Shown: positions 1 to 14,033, numbered from the stretch's first letter. The stretch is DNA of 64,000 nt from Marsupella aquatica (GCA_973895155.1 OZ316897.1:18448457-18512456), one strand, 5' to 3'. Numbers and translations are program-made. The notes: a model not told the origin generated them from the sequence alone.

Positions 1-3000
1 ACACGAGTCAGTCGTCCTATATATGAGACGCCCTACTGTAGACACATCTAGGACAATTGACAAATGCAAATTCCAAACTGAACAGTAACCTCCAATTTCA
101 GTATCGTCTAAAAGTAGGGCTCAGACTCGTGCGCAGGGTCCCACCGTTTTGTTGATCTAAAAACGAGCCACTAGTCCAACGCTGGCGATTTCGGATCGGC
201 GGTGCTAGTCGTTCCCTGATAGCTTACGGAGTTTTAGCACCGTCGATCTTCTAGTTCAGTACCTCGAACAGTCGAACGGGTCTTTCTCACATGATACGTC
301 ACGGGGAACGACAGAAATGCAGGCATTCGGTCAATTCTGACTAGACCCCGGATTTCGAAGTGGACCCCACTAGTGCTGCGTGTTTGTCAGTGTGGACGTG
401 GCCATGGACCGAGGTCCAAAAGACTTGTGGGCACGAGTTTGGACTGTCGAAAACTCTCATCTGGTAGGGTGCAACGGAACCTATGCCTGGTTGTCTTTTT
501 GGGATACAGTTTAATATTTTTTTAACCTCTTTCACTGAATCGGTAGATTGGAGTCAAGCTCTAAACTCATGAACTCGGATGTAATGCGAAGATCCAAGTA
601 AAACGGTTCCACCAAAGTTTATATACCAGGAAAAAAACAAAAGTACAATGAAAGGCAAGAAAAAGTGGTCCAACCAAAACGAGGTCCAAAGAGAACAAAC
701 ACCAAACAAGATACCTCTTTGTTTCAAAGGAAATTCTTGTTGCACACAATTCATGGCATCCTGACCCAAATGCACATTTAGGGCCAACTATGGGGGCAAC
801 GCTCAACAATAATGTCTTTTTTTTGCCTTGAAAGATTTCTTTGAATTCCACTCACAAGACAACATACAAACAGGTGGTCCCAAGGGTAGCACCGGGGAGA
901 CCGAAGCTCAGAAGTGCCAAAAGACTGGGTGAGCCGGCACCAGGAGACGCAACGCCTTCCGAGAGAAAGACACCTAAGTAAACAAAAAATTTAACTACTG
1001 CAATGAGAGTAGCACACTCCATGAGACTGGCCAGTGCTCAGGTTCCGGTAAGGTTCCCTTCAGTGGATCCATTATAGACTTACTTTACTTTAAGAATTAA
1101 GCCTTTTGCACTTGCAACCTTTTGGAAAAAATAAGTTTTCATTGATAGACATAAATTGCTAGGTGTGATCTGCACAAGTGTGTTTGGGTCCGTGCTTTGT
1201 CTATTTACACAATTATACATATTTTGTTTTATTTCCAAGGGAGAGTTTGGGAGCTCAAGGGCTAGAAAGTTTCCTGCCTTTGCCCTTGGCTCTACATATG
1301 AAATGCCATCAGGCCTGCCTGAGGAGGGGCTTAAGGCATGAAAGTATCACTAAGTGATATTATGACGTCAGTTATTTCGAGGGACTCAAAACAACAGGTC
1401 AATCACACACAAGTTGGCTCTTAGAGAGATCCCATCAAACCTCCCGTCAAAGCTGCAACAAAATCCCATCTCATCTTACTGCTATGTGGAATTGGTCTTG
1501 GATGAAGAGCACCTGATTTTATGGCAACTACGTTTCCCCATTGGGAACTCAAAGTCCAAAAGATGTTCATGTTTCAAAATTAAAAGCAATAAAACTGTAT
1601 TGTCCCACAATTGTGACACTCATGACATAATTGTGAAGTGGGGGGGGAGTCGCTTAATACTAACATTTGTAAGTTTGAAAAGGAACCTCACATTGTGCAA
1701 TAATTTGGAAAACACCCACACTAATTCTGGTATCCATATTCTGGTATTGATATTGTGGGACCATATCAATAATACTTACTGTGAGTGCCTTCTGTGTAAT
1801 ATAGCACTACCAAACAATTAAAAGCACCAAACCAGTAGACAGGATCCCAAAACAAAGGAAAACCCCATGACAAAGAGCTAAAGAGCACCATAGTTCCCAA
1901 GAACTAAATCTCTTACAAACTGAGCAGAAAACTCCACTCAAATAAACCCCATAAGAGGGTAACAAATAGCTATTTGTCTAGGCACTAAAACCAATAGCCT
2001 TTGCTCTACCAGGCCCGTGACCAAAGGGGGTTTGGTCACATTAGGCTGAACTTAAGAGAACAAGTATTAAATATGTATTAAATATATTTAACTTAAGACA
2101 AACAAAGTGAATAAAACAGAAAGAATAAACTAAACACAAAAAACAAAGCATTAAGTGTTCTCCTCATCTCTTGCCATCATGATCTGGCCTGAGTACAAAT
2201 ACTGTACACAATACATTGGATTTTGTTTTGGTCTCTTTATAACAAGAGAAATTCTATAGAAATCCAGTATTACAGGCCATGTATTGCAGTCCATTGTATT
2301 GGTATGTATTGCACAACAAAAGTATCATGGGGACTTTTTGGGTCGCCCATCACATAGCTCAACATAGTTCAGCCAATGAAGAATTGTGAATGTCCACCCG
2401 TGCCCGCTTAAAGAAGGCAGTGATTATACCAACTGGGAATAAAGCTTGATACATGCATGCCCACTGAAACAGACAAAGATACCATATAAACCCCCCACTA
2501 AGAAGCAGCATATGCCTTGCTGCCTTGGCTGCAGCATCGCCCCGTAAATGCGCAGCTACTGCGCCAATGGGGTCCGGGAACGTCTTTAATTTCCTTCCCG
2601 TGTCCATGCGCCTCATCTTTGCCAAGAGTGTCCAACAATCAATCAACGACATAGAAGAGTTGGTGACACACTGTTCACCAATACACCAATTATAGAATGC
2701 TTGAAATGATTTCTATTGATCCGTAGGATTTCTTTGAAAAAGGGGAACGTTTGTAGGCTGAAAAATCCCCCATTTTGTATTTTTGCATTTTCTCAAGTAC
2801 ATTCTCACACCTATTTCAAGCGCATGTGGCGACATGACATGTTTAGGGTAAGCCAGCCCAAGTGGGACATAACACGATGAACTTGTCCAAGACTGTTTGG
2901 AGTAAACCCTTTAACCCTAAACCTATTCTGCATGTAAAGTAGAAGCAGCACCTGTGCAAATTGAATTGAAGCACAACTGTTAGTTCGGTAAAAGATCGAA

Positions 3001-3826
3001 CTTTGAGGAATTCAAACCTTATTTGCTTCCTATGTAGTTCCTTAGTTGACAACATTTCTCATGAAGCTTAATATGAATCTCGTATGAGAATAAGTTTGAA
3101 GATGGATATCCATCTACAGAAGAGACTGTAGCTTATTGCTCACCAACGAAAAAATATTATAGAAGTGACTTATAGTAGCAGTTCCGGACGCTGCTGAAGC
3201 ATCTCGCGGTTGGCTCATGTTGCTGACTTGCGTGGGTTGCAATCGATCGCAAATTGGCAAACTTGCCATCCATCAAATCTTTGACTTCAGTCAACTTCGC
3301 ATAACGGTTGCGTCTGGGGAGGGCCAGCGAAAACAATTTTTTTCCCTGCAAAATTCACACTTGTGTTTCCGACCTTGATGCCTAGAGTCATTCATGCTCA
3401 CCGCACCCCACGGGAAATTGAAATTTGGGCTGTGCTGAGAGAGGGCAGAGAATGATGTCTCGAGTGCCATATGGAGAGGGCAGGGGCCTGGATCGCAGTC
3501 TGGTCCCAGGGTCCTACCGTGCCTCCAAGCGTCTCAATTCTAAAAAGAAGTGTCCCACATATCAAATCTGAACGCAGATAATACTATTATAGAGTCGTCG
3601 GCTACACAGTGGACGAGTAGAGAGGGGAGCTTGGAGAATCATGCCCAGTCAACTCTCAGCGTTCAGTTTTAGCCCTTCGTGATTGTCCCCTTGTATTGCA
3701 TTTTCTATGCATTCTTATTGGAATGCGCGCCTGGTCAACATCTCGATCTCCTCTATAGTAAGATTCTTCTCAGATTTTACTAAAATAAGTTGAAAGCACA
3801 AATTTAGTAGGCCTTTAAAAGTATTT

Positions 3827-4250
3827 AGGTCCTGTCTTCTCATAACGGACAACAATAACCCCCCAAAACTCTCTTCAGGATTGTTTCCTTGTTATATTTC
3901 ACTGCATTCTTCGTCATAATCTGGATCCCCCCCCACTCTTTGATAAGATTATACTTAGTCAACTTTCACTAAAACTAGTTAAATAGAAATTTCCTACTCA
4001 GGTCTTCAAGACCGTGTGCTTAAGGTCCTGTTTCTCGTAAAGAGCAATAATAACCTTTCAAAACTCGAGCTGAAGCTCTCATTCTTTGGGACATTACATC
4101 CCACAATGACTCTTAGGTGTCTGAAGGTCCTATTTTCTCATGAAGGGCAAATAAAAATCTCTCAAAACTCAAGCTCAAGCTCTCAGTTTTAGAGACATTA
4201 TATCCCACAATGTACTCTTAGGTGTATTATGGTACTGTTTCCTCATAAAT
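3827..4250. repeat. Degenerate tandem repeat, unit about 102-105 bp (2 full copies plus partials)
   Basis: The unit AGGTCCT.TTTCTC...CAAAACTC.AGCT.AAGCTCTCA...GACATTA.ATCCCACAATG(T)ACTCTTAGGTGT occurs at about 4023-4124 and 4125-4229. Partial copies start at about 3827 and 4230. Confidence 0.7.
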
Positions 4251-7200
4251 TTGACGGTAGCGATCAGGTTACGCCAAACCAGTGGAGATGCTCTAATTGG
4301 CAAATACTGACCTCTCAAAAGTCGATCTGAAAGTCTCATTTCTAGCGGCATTGTATCCCCCAATGCCCTGTAAGCACGGCCATTACTATATCCTTACGAA
4401 CTATATACAGGGTATGTGATGCTGGACTGTACTGTAGTTGTAAATGAATTTGTGCTCTTTGCAGTTTGCACAGCTTCGGTTCCAGCATAGGATCAGACAC
4501 ATGAGAGGCGACGTCCAATAATGACGACTGAAACGAGTTTAGTACGCCTTTCCGGAGAGAACTATTTTCACATGGTACAGTGTATCATTCTGCCGGCCAT
4601 GGATCTGCGCTTCCGTTATTGAAAACAACCTTTTCGTGTCTGCCAATGCTGTCATTTTGGATCTATCCAATTATTTCGAAGGTGATGGGTTCTCCTCGTT
4701 TAACGTGAAATAGAAAATCCACTGGTCACCTTCAATTGCAGCCTCCTTTACTCTTCTGAGTGTCCGCTGGAGGATTAGTTGATCCAAGTCGACTACCCAG
4801 TCTAAAATGCGTTGTGATACGTCCCGAGATCATTTTGGGATGAGAAGGATCGTCCATACTTGAAAATCCTGGAGGAAATTTTTTCTTTGGGCGTAAAGAC
4901 CGTTTTCATATTGTTAACAGTTTCAGGGTTTCTAAAAGAGCTGGAACTGCTGTCGTGGGACTGAAAGGGCAAAAGCCGGCCTCAGGCCTGTGTATTGTTC
5001 GAGCTGTAATTTGTCCTCAGGCCTTGTTGGTGTATACTTTGTTTTGGAGCGAAGAGTCTACAAAAGTAGGCGTCCATCGTCGCGTCTGCAACGAAATTTG
5101 CATCTCGAGTTAGAAAGAGAAGCAGTCCTCACTCCTCAATTTTTTTGGAAATTCGCACGACACAATGGCGGTACAGGACGAGATCGTTTCCACATACTTC
5201 ACCTTACAGCCACTTCCACTTGCGAAACTTTTCTATACTAAAATTTCGAATGGAGGCGGTATGTAGTACAATCGTGTTTGGAGCACTCTTTGGATCAGCT
5301 TCCCACCTACTGTATTGGTTTGGTCCGCACTTCATCAGAAGCAGCGAAGACTTTGTCATACCTCGATAAATGACTAATAGATGTGTTATTTGGAGTGCGC
5401 GTTGGAGGGTTCACTCCAAGCTTGTTCCAGCATTAATTAATTATGCTCTAGAGTATGCCACCGCACCTTTTGAAAACAGTCCGTCCATCCAGTATCGTTC
5501 ATCTATTACGTTCAAGACGGACGGCTTCCTGTTTTCGAAGTTGCAGTGGCGTACTCTGGAGTCAGTCTGTGGCTTGTTCCTGTGCTCTGGACAATTGAGG
5601 AGGGACCAATCCAGGGCAAGCCTTTCCGGCAATGACGAGGATGAGGGGTTAGAAAATATCACAAACGTCGCGGTATCTCTCCACATCAATTTGCAACGTT
5701 ATCGTTTCAATCCAGTATTGCCTAAACCTCGTTTATTGCCACTTGTCAGTAATCTTAGATTTGCGCTGTTACGATGGTATATCCTAAAGTTGTAGTGTCA
5801 ACGTCTACTCACTGCTACAATATTAATCGGGCCCGCTTGCAAGCACAGTCACACAACGAGGATCGGTGGGACTGCAGATTTGAACGAAATTGTAAACAAA
5901 TCATCATATGTACAGAGCTTGTAGTAGGGTAAGGGTTGCGATTTATCTGAGCTTAATATTTGCACCAGCTGACCTGATCATTTTTCAATCACACCATCAA
6001 TGGAGCGTCCGCGATATGGACGAATTGAAGGAATCGCTCCATACAACTATTGAATAATGATCAGATCAGTCAAGTCAGAGGAGTCCTAATAATTGCTCGG
6101 ACGTTTGGACCAGGACGGTCAGTAAGCCGAAGGTCGTTGAATAACGGCCAAGTCGATTGAACCAAAATCAGGGGTAAGAATTGAGGCTTTACGTACGACC
6201 GGCCACTGCAGGCAGCAGCATCAATTCTTTAACACCGCTTCCTAATTGAAAATAAAAAAACCAGCATCGAATCTTCAATATACACAGCCTGGCCAAGCTC
6301 CGAATTGTAGAACCGTAACACGGTAGTGATCCACCACAGGGCACTGTTTTGGGAATGAGCCGACAGACAGTTGAAAGAAGTTGTCACATTGGAAGTATGA
6401 GACTATATTTGCAGGGATGCAATGAGAGCTGGATGATCCATGTATAGATTGTCTGGTATGAAATGAAAGGACCATCAAATCTGGAGATTGTCCAATAACG
6501 TGCCTGAAGTAGCTTGAGAACAATCCATTCTCTCGAGAGGGAAAAACGAGGCGATTATTTATTAAAGAATTAGTTCCCCCATCATTTTGAGGAGAGTTCG
6601 AGCACGCGTATGCTACTGTACATTTCCTTATTTTTGTTTATTTCTGGGCTCATCTTGGAACATGCTTAATATTTATTCTGGGATTCGAACATGCTTGATA
6701 TTTTGTCTTGTAGTGATATGTAAATTAAATGTTATACAACATCACTGTAATCTAAGAAGCGCTCCTATAGCGTACACATAAAGTCCACTTGCAGTTCCGG
6801 CCTTTGCAGCTTGCACAGGGTAACCGCGGCAAAATATGGACCTTGTCTCAAATATCAATAAGCAATTGATTGACTAATACAACATAAGCACAAATATAAT
6901 GATACAAATGTGTGTAATGAATAATCTACAATTATGAGACTAAACAGGATTCATCTCTAGAAGGATGAACCTGGAAATGAAGACTGAGGTGTACCCTTTT
7001 GGACAGAATTTCCAATAGGGGAGAATTCCCAATGTCCTCAATCTGGTTTAAGAAGAACCAGGAGAAGAAAGAAATTTTCATTTTCTAAGTAAGCTACTTA
7101 ATTAGGCTAACTTTGTTTCAGTAGTTTATTCCATATGGCTACTCCTACTTCCCATCTTAACAGGGACTATGTGGTGGAGAAGTTAAATGAATTGAACTAC

Positions 7201-7279
7201 ATCAGGAAATTAGGGTTCCTATTATTTTGCAATTAAACAATGATTTATAGACTCACGAAGGGTGCAACACCTAAGTTAC

Positions 7280-10200
7280 CTCACTGTCTAGTTGACCAAG
7301 ATGTGCTTCCATATTCTTTAACTTTAACTGTGCAAGCGCTGTAAGCCCCTCGAGAACCATTTTTTCGTGCCCTGCAGCTTCCCTCTCCATGAGCAGGCTC
7401 TCTCTTGCTCCTTCTTGTTCCTGTGAAGAGAACCAGATAACAGATTTGTTTAAGAGACATCCTAGCCAGCTGGAAACGAATCATTTCTCAATAATTTGAT
7501 TAGCATGCACTCCGAACAGTCCGATATAAACTTAGCAAAGGGATAGAAGTGACTTTGAAGTACCTTAAGATCCTTCGATGCAGCTGCCATTTCATTTTTC
7601 ATGGATTTGATACTCTTCTCTACGTCTTTCAATCGAGTTTCTCGGTCCCGACCATGCTCGTTAATTGCTCGCTCCAGGTCGGAGGCTTTCTTTATGCATT
7701 CATTGTGATGGTTCTCCTTGTTGGCTAGGTCCTTCTTTTCTGCGTCCAGCTCGGCCTCCATTGTTGAGATCGACTCACTTAGCTGACATCGCGCAGGTAT
7801 TCGATGTCAACGATACATAAAGCTGACAAGGACCCGACTAAACACTTCGCTACTCACGACGACTGCACTCTTCGAAAATCCCAAGAATCTTGACTGTAAA
7901 CATGAGAAAGAGCGCTACTATTGAAACAACAATTTGCGCTCGTAAACTTAAGCCCAGCAGTATATCTAACTCGTACGGGTAGCCATACACGAGGGGCTGA
8001 AGTCGCTTATACTGTCAAAGCTCTGATGCCAAGACAGTAGACCGTAAAAACCTAAGAAGGACATCCTCCCTCATTTTCCTCACAACAAAGTGATTCTCAG
8101 ACACGTTGAATTGTCACTGATGAAACATGTTTGCAACCGAGAAATTGCAACAAACCTTGTGATGTTCGCTCTGCTCAGCCCTGGTTTCATACAGAGAGAG
8201 ATCATACGACTTCAGTTCCAATTGTGACTTTAAGTGGGCATATTTCTTCTGCATGGGTGCCAACTTCTCAATCTGCAGCATTCGCATGTACAAATTAAGG
8301 ACAACTGGAGGTCGTCGTAAATTGGATCAAAAATCTTCACGACCACCAGATGTAGCTATAAGAACCCAGTCTCAACGGGGATGGACCAGGTATAAACAGA
8401 TCCTGTTGCACATAGTTCTACTGCGTCATGTATAAACTCGACGTCACGTCCAAATCAAACATAAAAGCCTTACCTCTTTCTCGATCTTTGAAAATGCCTG
8501 AACATGCTCTGCCAAGCTGCCCTCCGCCTCTGCTAGTGCATGAAGTTGCATCAGGAGTTCCCCACCATTCCTGGAAGGAAACATTAAATGAAATACTTGC
8601 ACTGCGACTTCTGCAGGACATCTAAACTTACGGCGACACTATGCTTCTACGTTACTCTAAGCAGAGACGGTACGCATGAGGAAAATCTGCCCAGCGTTTG
8701 AAACCTGTATAGCTCAATTTCTTTACTTCGGATGAGCTGATCGCAACAATAGCTCCATTCCACAACTCGGACATTAGTACAAAGTGAATTAGCTCAGAAA
8801 CGGAACCTGCGCAGGGTCACCGACTTAGTATTGACGTCCTTGTGGAAAGCCACCTACACCAGCCGATACTTCAGCGAAAATCTGCTGAGTTTACTTCGAA
8901 TATAATCATTTTACTCCAAGGCTAGCATGAATATAAAGTCAACTACTGGTAGGAGTTTTAGTATTCAAGAAGTCTGCACTAATGAAAAGGGTCAACTTTA
9001 TCATAAGGATCTACAATTTCAAATATGCAATTGCTGAAATTCACCTGTTTGGCCGTTTCAGTATCATTACAGACAAACGCTCCACCGAAAACGAAAGCCA
9101 TGGCCGCCTGCATTATGACATTACTATATCAGAATGTTCTTTACTTCAAACGTTAGACAGACGTCAATAGAATTGTTAATACGTAGTACCTTTGAATCGT
9201 CTACTTGGAGACTAACTAGATTTGCATACGCTAAAGCAGGAGAAGCTGATCTCTAAATACGACAGGAAGCTACATTTAACTTACTTGAAGCTCGTCAGGG
9301 TAGCCAACGAGGGACAGTGCTGGTTTTGCCCTGGCAGGACCCACCTGTACGAGACAAAAGCTGCTCAGACTGTATATCTTAAGGCCATCATAGCGAAATT
9401 TCGAGTTGGACTAAGCGAAGCACTGAGTCACACACACCAGATCTGATTGCTCAATATGTGAAAGATCCAAAGGCTAAATTTAAGGAACAAGACATATGCA
9501 ATGCAACATTGTCAGGGAACCATCTTCAAACGTAGCACCCCTTCGAAAGAATCAAACAAAAGAGTGAAGCATTCATTCTGAGGATATGAATAGTTTGCAG
9601 TTCCCACCTAAAGATCATTTTCTCAACCCCTTTATATCTCACAACCAACCATGGGTTCCGGCATCTGCTGAAGATAAATAACTATTACGATTCGACATAA
9701 ATCTTTCCAATCTAAGAAGAGAGCACTGAAAGCGATGCAAGATGGGAACCTTTCTTTAGCGAGAACATACGTCAGAAAAGAAATCATACCAGCTTGGCCG
9801 CTGCCGCCTGAGTTCTCGAAGAGATGGGGTTGGCTTGAATCTTGTTGAGAGGAATGATGGTAATCCTTCGGCGCAGTCCACCTTTCTCTAGGAGCAGTTT
9901 AGCAGTTTGCTCAGTGTCCACTACAATATTATAAATTTTACTTCCTGTAATAACCTGTTCGCAAGATTTGTACTACCATTTCAGGCTCCTGATAGTGTCT
10001 CAAAGTTAAATTGTGAAGCCACACCATAGCAGTTTCATACAAAGAAATACAATATGAATTCAACAACAAACATGGGAGTTGGGGATCACGCACCTCAAGG
10101 GCAGTCATAGTAGAGGCATCATTCACGTGCACAAGGCGTGCTACTGGTCCTTTAACCCGTGACTTCTCGAATCCCCTCTCAGGGTCATTGTATGAGAATT

Positions 10201-12681
10201 GAAGGCCCGAAAGTTCCCCCGTAAGATTGCTAACCTTTGTCTTGAGTCCCTTTACCGTTTCAGCCTCGGTTCTCCGGCTCTGGAGTGCAATGTTCACGTC
10301 AATGTTTGTTAGGTTGTCGAGAATCGTCCAAGAGAACAGCAGCCTTCATAAAAGCTGAGAATGACTGTGCAATTCCAATTCGCGACTTGTTATTGCACCG
10401 TGTTCAGATAAGGGCAAAACAACAGGTTGACGAAGGACATAGAATACAACATAATTAAGAGCATATTTCCACGCCCAGCAGACGAGAACTGCACCTACAC
10501 TTAACCCTTGTAGACATGCTAGAAGCCAGAAATTCACAGCAGAAACATGCGCAAGGTCATACAATTGGGCCACTACATTCCCCGCACACCTAAGAACAGG
10601 TCCTAATCAAAACAATGGGAGTTCACAACTGTGGGAGAACCTGTTCCAGGGAATTCATTCGGTCCTCTTCGAATCCTAGTTTATTTATGGTATCTTGCAG
10701 CTTCTCCAATTCCGCCTTACGTGAGCGCAGCTCCTCCTGTGCAGCAGCTACTTCGTGTTGCTTGGAATTGAAATGTTGCTGTTTCGCTTTCAGCTCTTTG
10801 TCGAGATGTTTGATCTTTGTTTTGCTCTGCTGCACCTCAGTCGGAGCTTTCCCTACCGCAGCATTTGCATCATCTCGCTGGTCTGCCAGACTCTTTTGTT
10901 CAGCCCCACTAGCCTTCCCTGCTTGAATCCCCTGAACCAAACGAATTTCGACGAGCCAGTGACTTTTCACCTGGACTCTGCTGAATGGACGAAATTTGAA
11001 TCTTCAAAGTAAACCCTTCAGCTGATGTACTGTTCTTAGACAAAAACATATTGCTATGAACATGCTAAAGTCAGCATCGATAGCAGATTATTACCAGTTT
11101 TATCAGTGTTGGCTCAATTCCTGTTTGCATCCGAGTTCAAATAACTACCTGATAATCTCGTTCAAGGTCTTCCAATGTCTTTGCCTGCTGCTCCACTTTC
11201 TCTTTCAGACCTGAAAATTCTTCCTCAGCTTGAAGTTCAGCAGCAGTTTTGGCGGCGATGACACCATCCAAATCCTTTACATTTCTTTGCAGCTGATAGA
11301 TAACAGCCAGCAAATTGAGGTGAGTAAACAGGGGTACCTCCCATGATACGGCTCATGTACCAAAACCTGCCTGCTTTACAGTTCGGCGTCTGAGATTGGT
11401 TGCATACCTGCTCAGCGGCAGCTTTCTCGACGTCAAAAGACTCTTGTTTTGCATTGACAGCAGAGTCGACCTTCACAAGAGCTGTATAGAGCTTATCCAC
11501 CGCATCAGACAAACTTCTCATGTCACTATTCATCTGCTTCTCTTTGGCCTCAGTCAATGCAGCAACAGAAGCCTCGTTCTGGGCTATTTCTTCCTCTAAT
11601 CTTACGGCAGATAATTTAATAGCCTCAACCTTGTCTTGCATTTCGGCCACCTCGCCCGAAGAAGCTTCCTTCAACCTCCAGCCTCCGAAAATCGAAAGCA
11701 ATGCAGAATCTGTCGAGACGATCCACCACTGCATTGCCGGAAGTCCACTGCTGGTACTGCGCTCGTTCTTTCCGTAGCTTCTCGAGAGCTGGAAGGATGT
11801 TTTGACTCAAAAGGTTGTCAATTTCATCCACTTTCGCCTGCTTTTTTTCCAGAGTCTTGAGAGCGTTCTCTTTTTTCGACTCGTACATCTTAGTTCCAGC
11901 TGCCTCTTCTAGCATTGACAGAATCTCAGGCGGCTTCATGTTGAGTACTTTCGTGATACGACCTTGCATGATGAGAAAGTGAGGATTGTTGATATTCAGC
12001 TGTACGGAGTGGAAGAGATTTTGGACCTGGGTGGGCTGCCTTGAGTGGCCATTTATCCAGTACTTGTTCCGTCCACCAACGACAATCTACAGTATGACAA
12101 AAGACCATATAATAATCAGACAATGCCTGACCATGGAATACTGTGCGAATCGAAATGTTCACATGTTCTGTCTGCCACTCATTGGATCCGGTATCTCTCT
12201 TGGCTATTGATCATCAAAATATTTATTCACGAGGTGTGGGGAGCATCGGAAGAAAAGACTGACTGTTTCCAGGCCAACAGAGACGGGTGTGTCGGCAAGA
12301 GGGCCAACTTATCGGAAATTGAATGAAATGAAGTTCGGATCAATTCGTGAGGGGTAAACTTACCTGGCAAGTGACAGTAATCTCACTCGAGTCTTCATAT
12401 CCGATAGGACTTCGCTTACGGTTCGAATTGTCAAACAGAATTGAAACAGTTGCTTTTGTAATTCCCGCCTGCCCTTGCTTGTAAACCAGCTCTTGCAAGT
12501 TGCTTGCCCTAACTTGCTGCAAATTCGTAATTCCCAGCACGAAGCAAATAGAGTCCAAGATGTTCGACTTCCCTGATCCATTCAGCCCTGTTATTGCGTT
12601 GAATTGCTGATCAAAGCCGGAAACCACAGTCCTTTGAGCGTACGACTTGAATCCGTCCAAGGTTATCTCCTTCACATACAT
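7280..12681 (-). pseudogene. SMC2: Structural maintenance of chromosomes 2 (condensin SMC2), disrupted and 3'-truncated copy
   Basis: The N-terminus [50 protein letters not shown] (Walker A) and NNPHFLIMQGRITKVLNMKPPEILSMLEEAAGT (Q-loop) are diagnostic for SMC2. GT-AG exons read by eye: 12681-12364, 12086-11408, 11292-11149, 10931-10641, 10279-10094, 9954-9790, 9344-9285, 9107-9045, 8853-8807, 8570-8474, 8272-8156, 7782-7564, 7420-7280 (about 843 codons). Exon 2 is 679 nt between two phase-0 junctions, with a frameshift at about 11675-11690 and a premature stop at 11625. The hinge motif is missing from exon 9. No LSGGQ or Walker B exons were found in 1-7279. Confidence 0.9.
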
Positions 12682-13439
12682 CGCGCCAGCGTCCCCTGGA
12701 CGACGACAACCTCTGCGCCAGACACGGAGGTTTGATGGACAACCTTCACTCACTCGGGAACCTCGACAACGCCACTATCACTTACGGGAGCTTCGCGCCG
12801 TGCAGGAGTCTGAAAGTCGTCGCAGAAAGCCTCTCGGCATTTATCCAAGCTCGAGCTCTTCATCTACCTCTTTATACGGCATGTTTCTGCAACCATGAAG
12901 TATGGAGGACAGTCAATACGAAAGACACCAACAGAAGCAGAGAAGACTCCTACAACACCCCTCTGGCTGCAATGGCATTCACACAAGCTGAGGACCAATC
13001 TCAAGTGTTTTGCGACCGACGACAAGAAGACAGTGACAATCTCATATGTTTTACGAAGAAACAGATCAAGCGAGAACATCTTCAACATTCCGTCCTACCC
13101 AAACTTTCAACGCCCGTCAGGAAGAAAAAATGTACAATCTACACAATCATGGCAGTGATTAATCAAAGCTCCGACTCTCCGAGGACGCACTTGAGACACG
13201 AATCATCACTTGGACAAGGCGCGAACTCCTGAAACGGAGATGGAGGTCAGCACGAGTAAAACAGACCTCGTCTCTGGCTCTCCACTCTCCACTCTCGACT
13301 CCGGCTCGTGCTCGTGAGTTCGAAGTTTGAAACCTGCAGAGCTGCTTCGTTCCCGCCCTCACACATGCGCACTTAGCGGCGGATACCGAGGACCCTCGTT
13401 TTGGAAAAGGAGTGTCATTAGTGGCGAGTTCGAAAATAA

Positions 13440-13524
13440 GGGCAGGGGGTTCCATGGCCAGGGGTAGGGAGTAGGAGCACTCCCTCTCACATCCCCTGGC
13501 CTAAATAGAGTCTAGGGTGTCTAA
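13440..13524. mobile_element. End fragment of an older PIF/Harbinger-type MITE
   Basis: TAA followed by GGGCAGGGGGTTCCATGGCCAGGGGTAGGGAGTAGGAGCACTCCCTCTCACATCCCCTGG matches the reverse complement of the 13975-14033 end of the neighbouring MITE. Confidence 0.65.
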
Positions 13525-14033
13525 GGGCTAGGTTCCATGGGGCTGGGAGTAAGGAGTACGGATGCTCTCAGAATTTTTAAGCCAATAAGATTGTAATTTT
13601 TCCAGGGATTGAAAGGTGTACAAATATTGTATCAGGGAGTATGATTTTTCCTCACACTCCCTCTTAAACTTAAGGGGTACCCTCTGCCCCTGTATAAGAA
13701 CAATATAGTCTGTTTCTTTTTCACCGGTAGTATCTCCTGTTATCCTGTACCCTCGTGACTGAACGTGTTTGGTCTCTGGGTGGTCTCATGGCCTTTTGAT
13801 CACATGTGATCTGGCCTGTTACTCTCGGTCTTTTTATTGGGTTTTACTTTTCACATAAGTAAAGTGCTCCTTTCAAAAACAAAAAAAACAGTATAGAGCA
13901 TTCTCATTGGCTCCTAAGTCAAAATTCATACATTTGAAATACTGTGTATACTTTGGCATACGGTGTATTGGACCCCAGAGGATGTCAGAGGGAGTGACCG
14001 TACTCCTTACCCCTGGTCCATGGAACCTGGCCC
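13525..14033. mobile_element. PIF/Harbinger (Tourist-like) MITE, 509 bp
   Basis: The left TIR GGGCTAGGTTCCATGG...GTAAGGAGTACGG pairs with the right end CCGTACTCCTTAC...CCATGGAACCTGGCCC. TAA flanks both sides (13522-13524 and 14034-14036), the typical Harbinger TSD. No coding capacity. Confidence 0.8.

Noticed and set aside
4500-5800. Protein-looking minus-strand frames (for example RDVSQRILDWVVDLDQLILQRTLRRVKEAAIEGDQWIFYF) as the missing SMC2 3' exons or another gene
   Set aside because: No SMC signature or Walker B motif, internal stops, and no recognisable family.
12732-13455. ORFs of 166, 87 and 98 aa upstream of SMC2
   Set aside because: They overlap each other in the CpG-rich SMC2 leader/promoter, several have non-ATG starts, and none has a recognisable motif.
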